Positions 63,715 to 64,000 of a stretch of 64,000 nucleotides of DNA are shown here, piece after piece (within the stretch, counting starts at the first letter, position 1; each line of letters opens with the position of its first letter). Below the pieces are notes generated by a model. That model did no database searches. It had not been told where the DNA came from and saw only the letters and a program-made list of their open reading frames with translations. Source of the DNA: Squalus acanthias. Taxonomy: Eukaryota. The position numbers and the translations under genes were made by a program. The stretch is from positions 25,608,001 through 25,672,000 of the forward strand of contig CM059433.1 in assembly GCA_030390025.1 (NCBI GenBank), in the 5' to 3' direction.

Positions 63715-64000
63715 GTCGAGAGAAGTGGTGGTGAGGTAGAGCTGGGTGACGTCAGCTTACATGTGGAAACTGAAGCTGTGTTTTCAGATGATGTCGCCAA
63801 GGGTCAACATGTCGATGAGAAATAGGAGGGGCCCCAGGATAGATCCCTGGGCGACATCAGAGGTAACGATGCGGGAGCGGGAAGAGAAGCCTTTGCAGGT
63901 GATTCTCTGGCTACGATTAGATAGATAAGAATGGAACCAGGCGAGTGCAGTCCCACCCAGCCGGACGACAGTGGAGAGGCGTTGGAGGAGGATGGAGTGG
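63715..64000 (-). mobile_element. L2 LINE remnant, unit 7 (runs off window)
   Basis: Near-identical to the sequence from 38297 onward. Confidence 0.88.

Larger units (their letters stand above)
56551..63719 (-). pseudogene. MROH1: MROH1-like pseudogene, unit 7 (type B)
   Basis: ORFs 63308-63643, 62783-63085, 62266-62613 and 57212-57490. Same gtcga deletion junction (63715-63719) as unit 4. Confidence 0.88.
3775..64000. repeat. Macrosatellite / tandem segmental array of 7 units starting at about 3837, 12620, 23130, 31670, 39250, 47910 and 56480
   Basis: The motif cccagtcacacagcagcggtacctgcactgtttgaagatcgaccgatagttgcaacaacagg recurs after each (TG)n tract and is followed by the same component order. 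Near-identical ORF translations recur in each unit. Confidence 0.97.

Overview
Eukaryotic, repeat-dense vertebrate DNA. The repeat families resemble those of cartilaginous fishes (inference). No intact protein-coding gene is evident. From about 3.8 kb to the window end the sequence is a head-to-tail macrosatellite of seven units of about 7.6-10.5 kb (U1-U7, the last one partial). Each unit carries an intronless, multiply disabled MROH1-like (maestro HEAT-repeat) pseudogene on the minus strand. In U2-U7 this is split by the same CR1/L2-group LINE. A complete unit also has a cluster of TGACATCA motifs, a CR1 3' tail fragment, an L2 LINE fragment and a compound (TG)n tract. U2-U7 fall into two structural types arranged A-A-B-A-A-B, but their diagnostic variants are mosaic. 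Insertions private to one unit or type are a two-gene Harbinger transposon, two different long solo LTRs, two copies of a 765-bp Harbinger-type MITE, and a Penelope-like insertion. The Penelope-like insertion forms a perfect 176-bp palindrome with a minimal hammerhead-ribozyme motif on both strands. Coordinates were read by eye and family assignments come from recalled motifs, not database searches.
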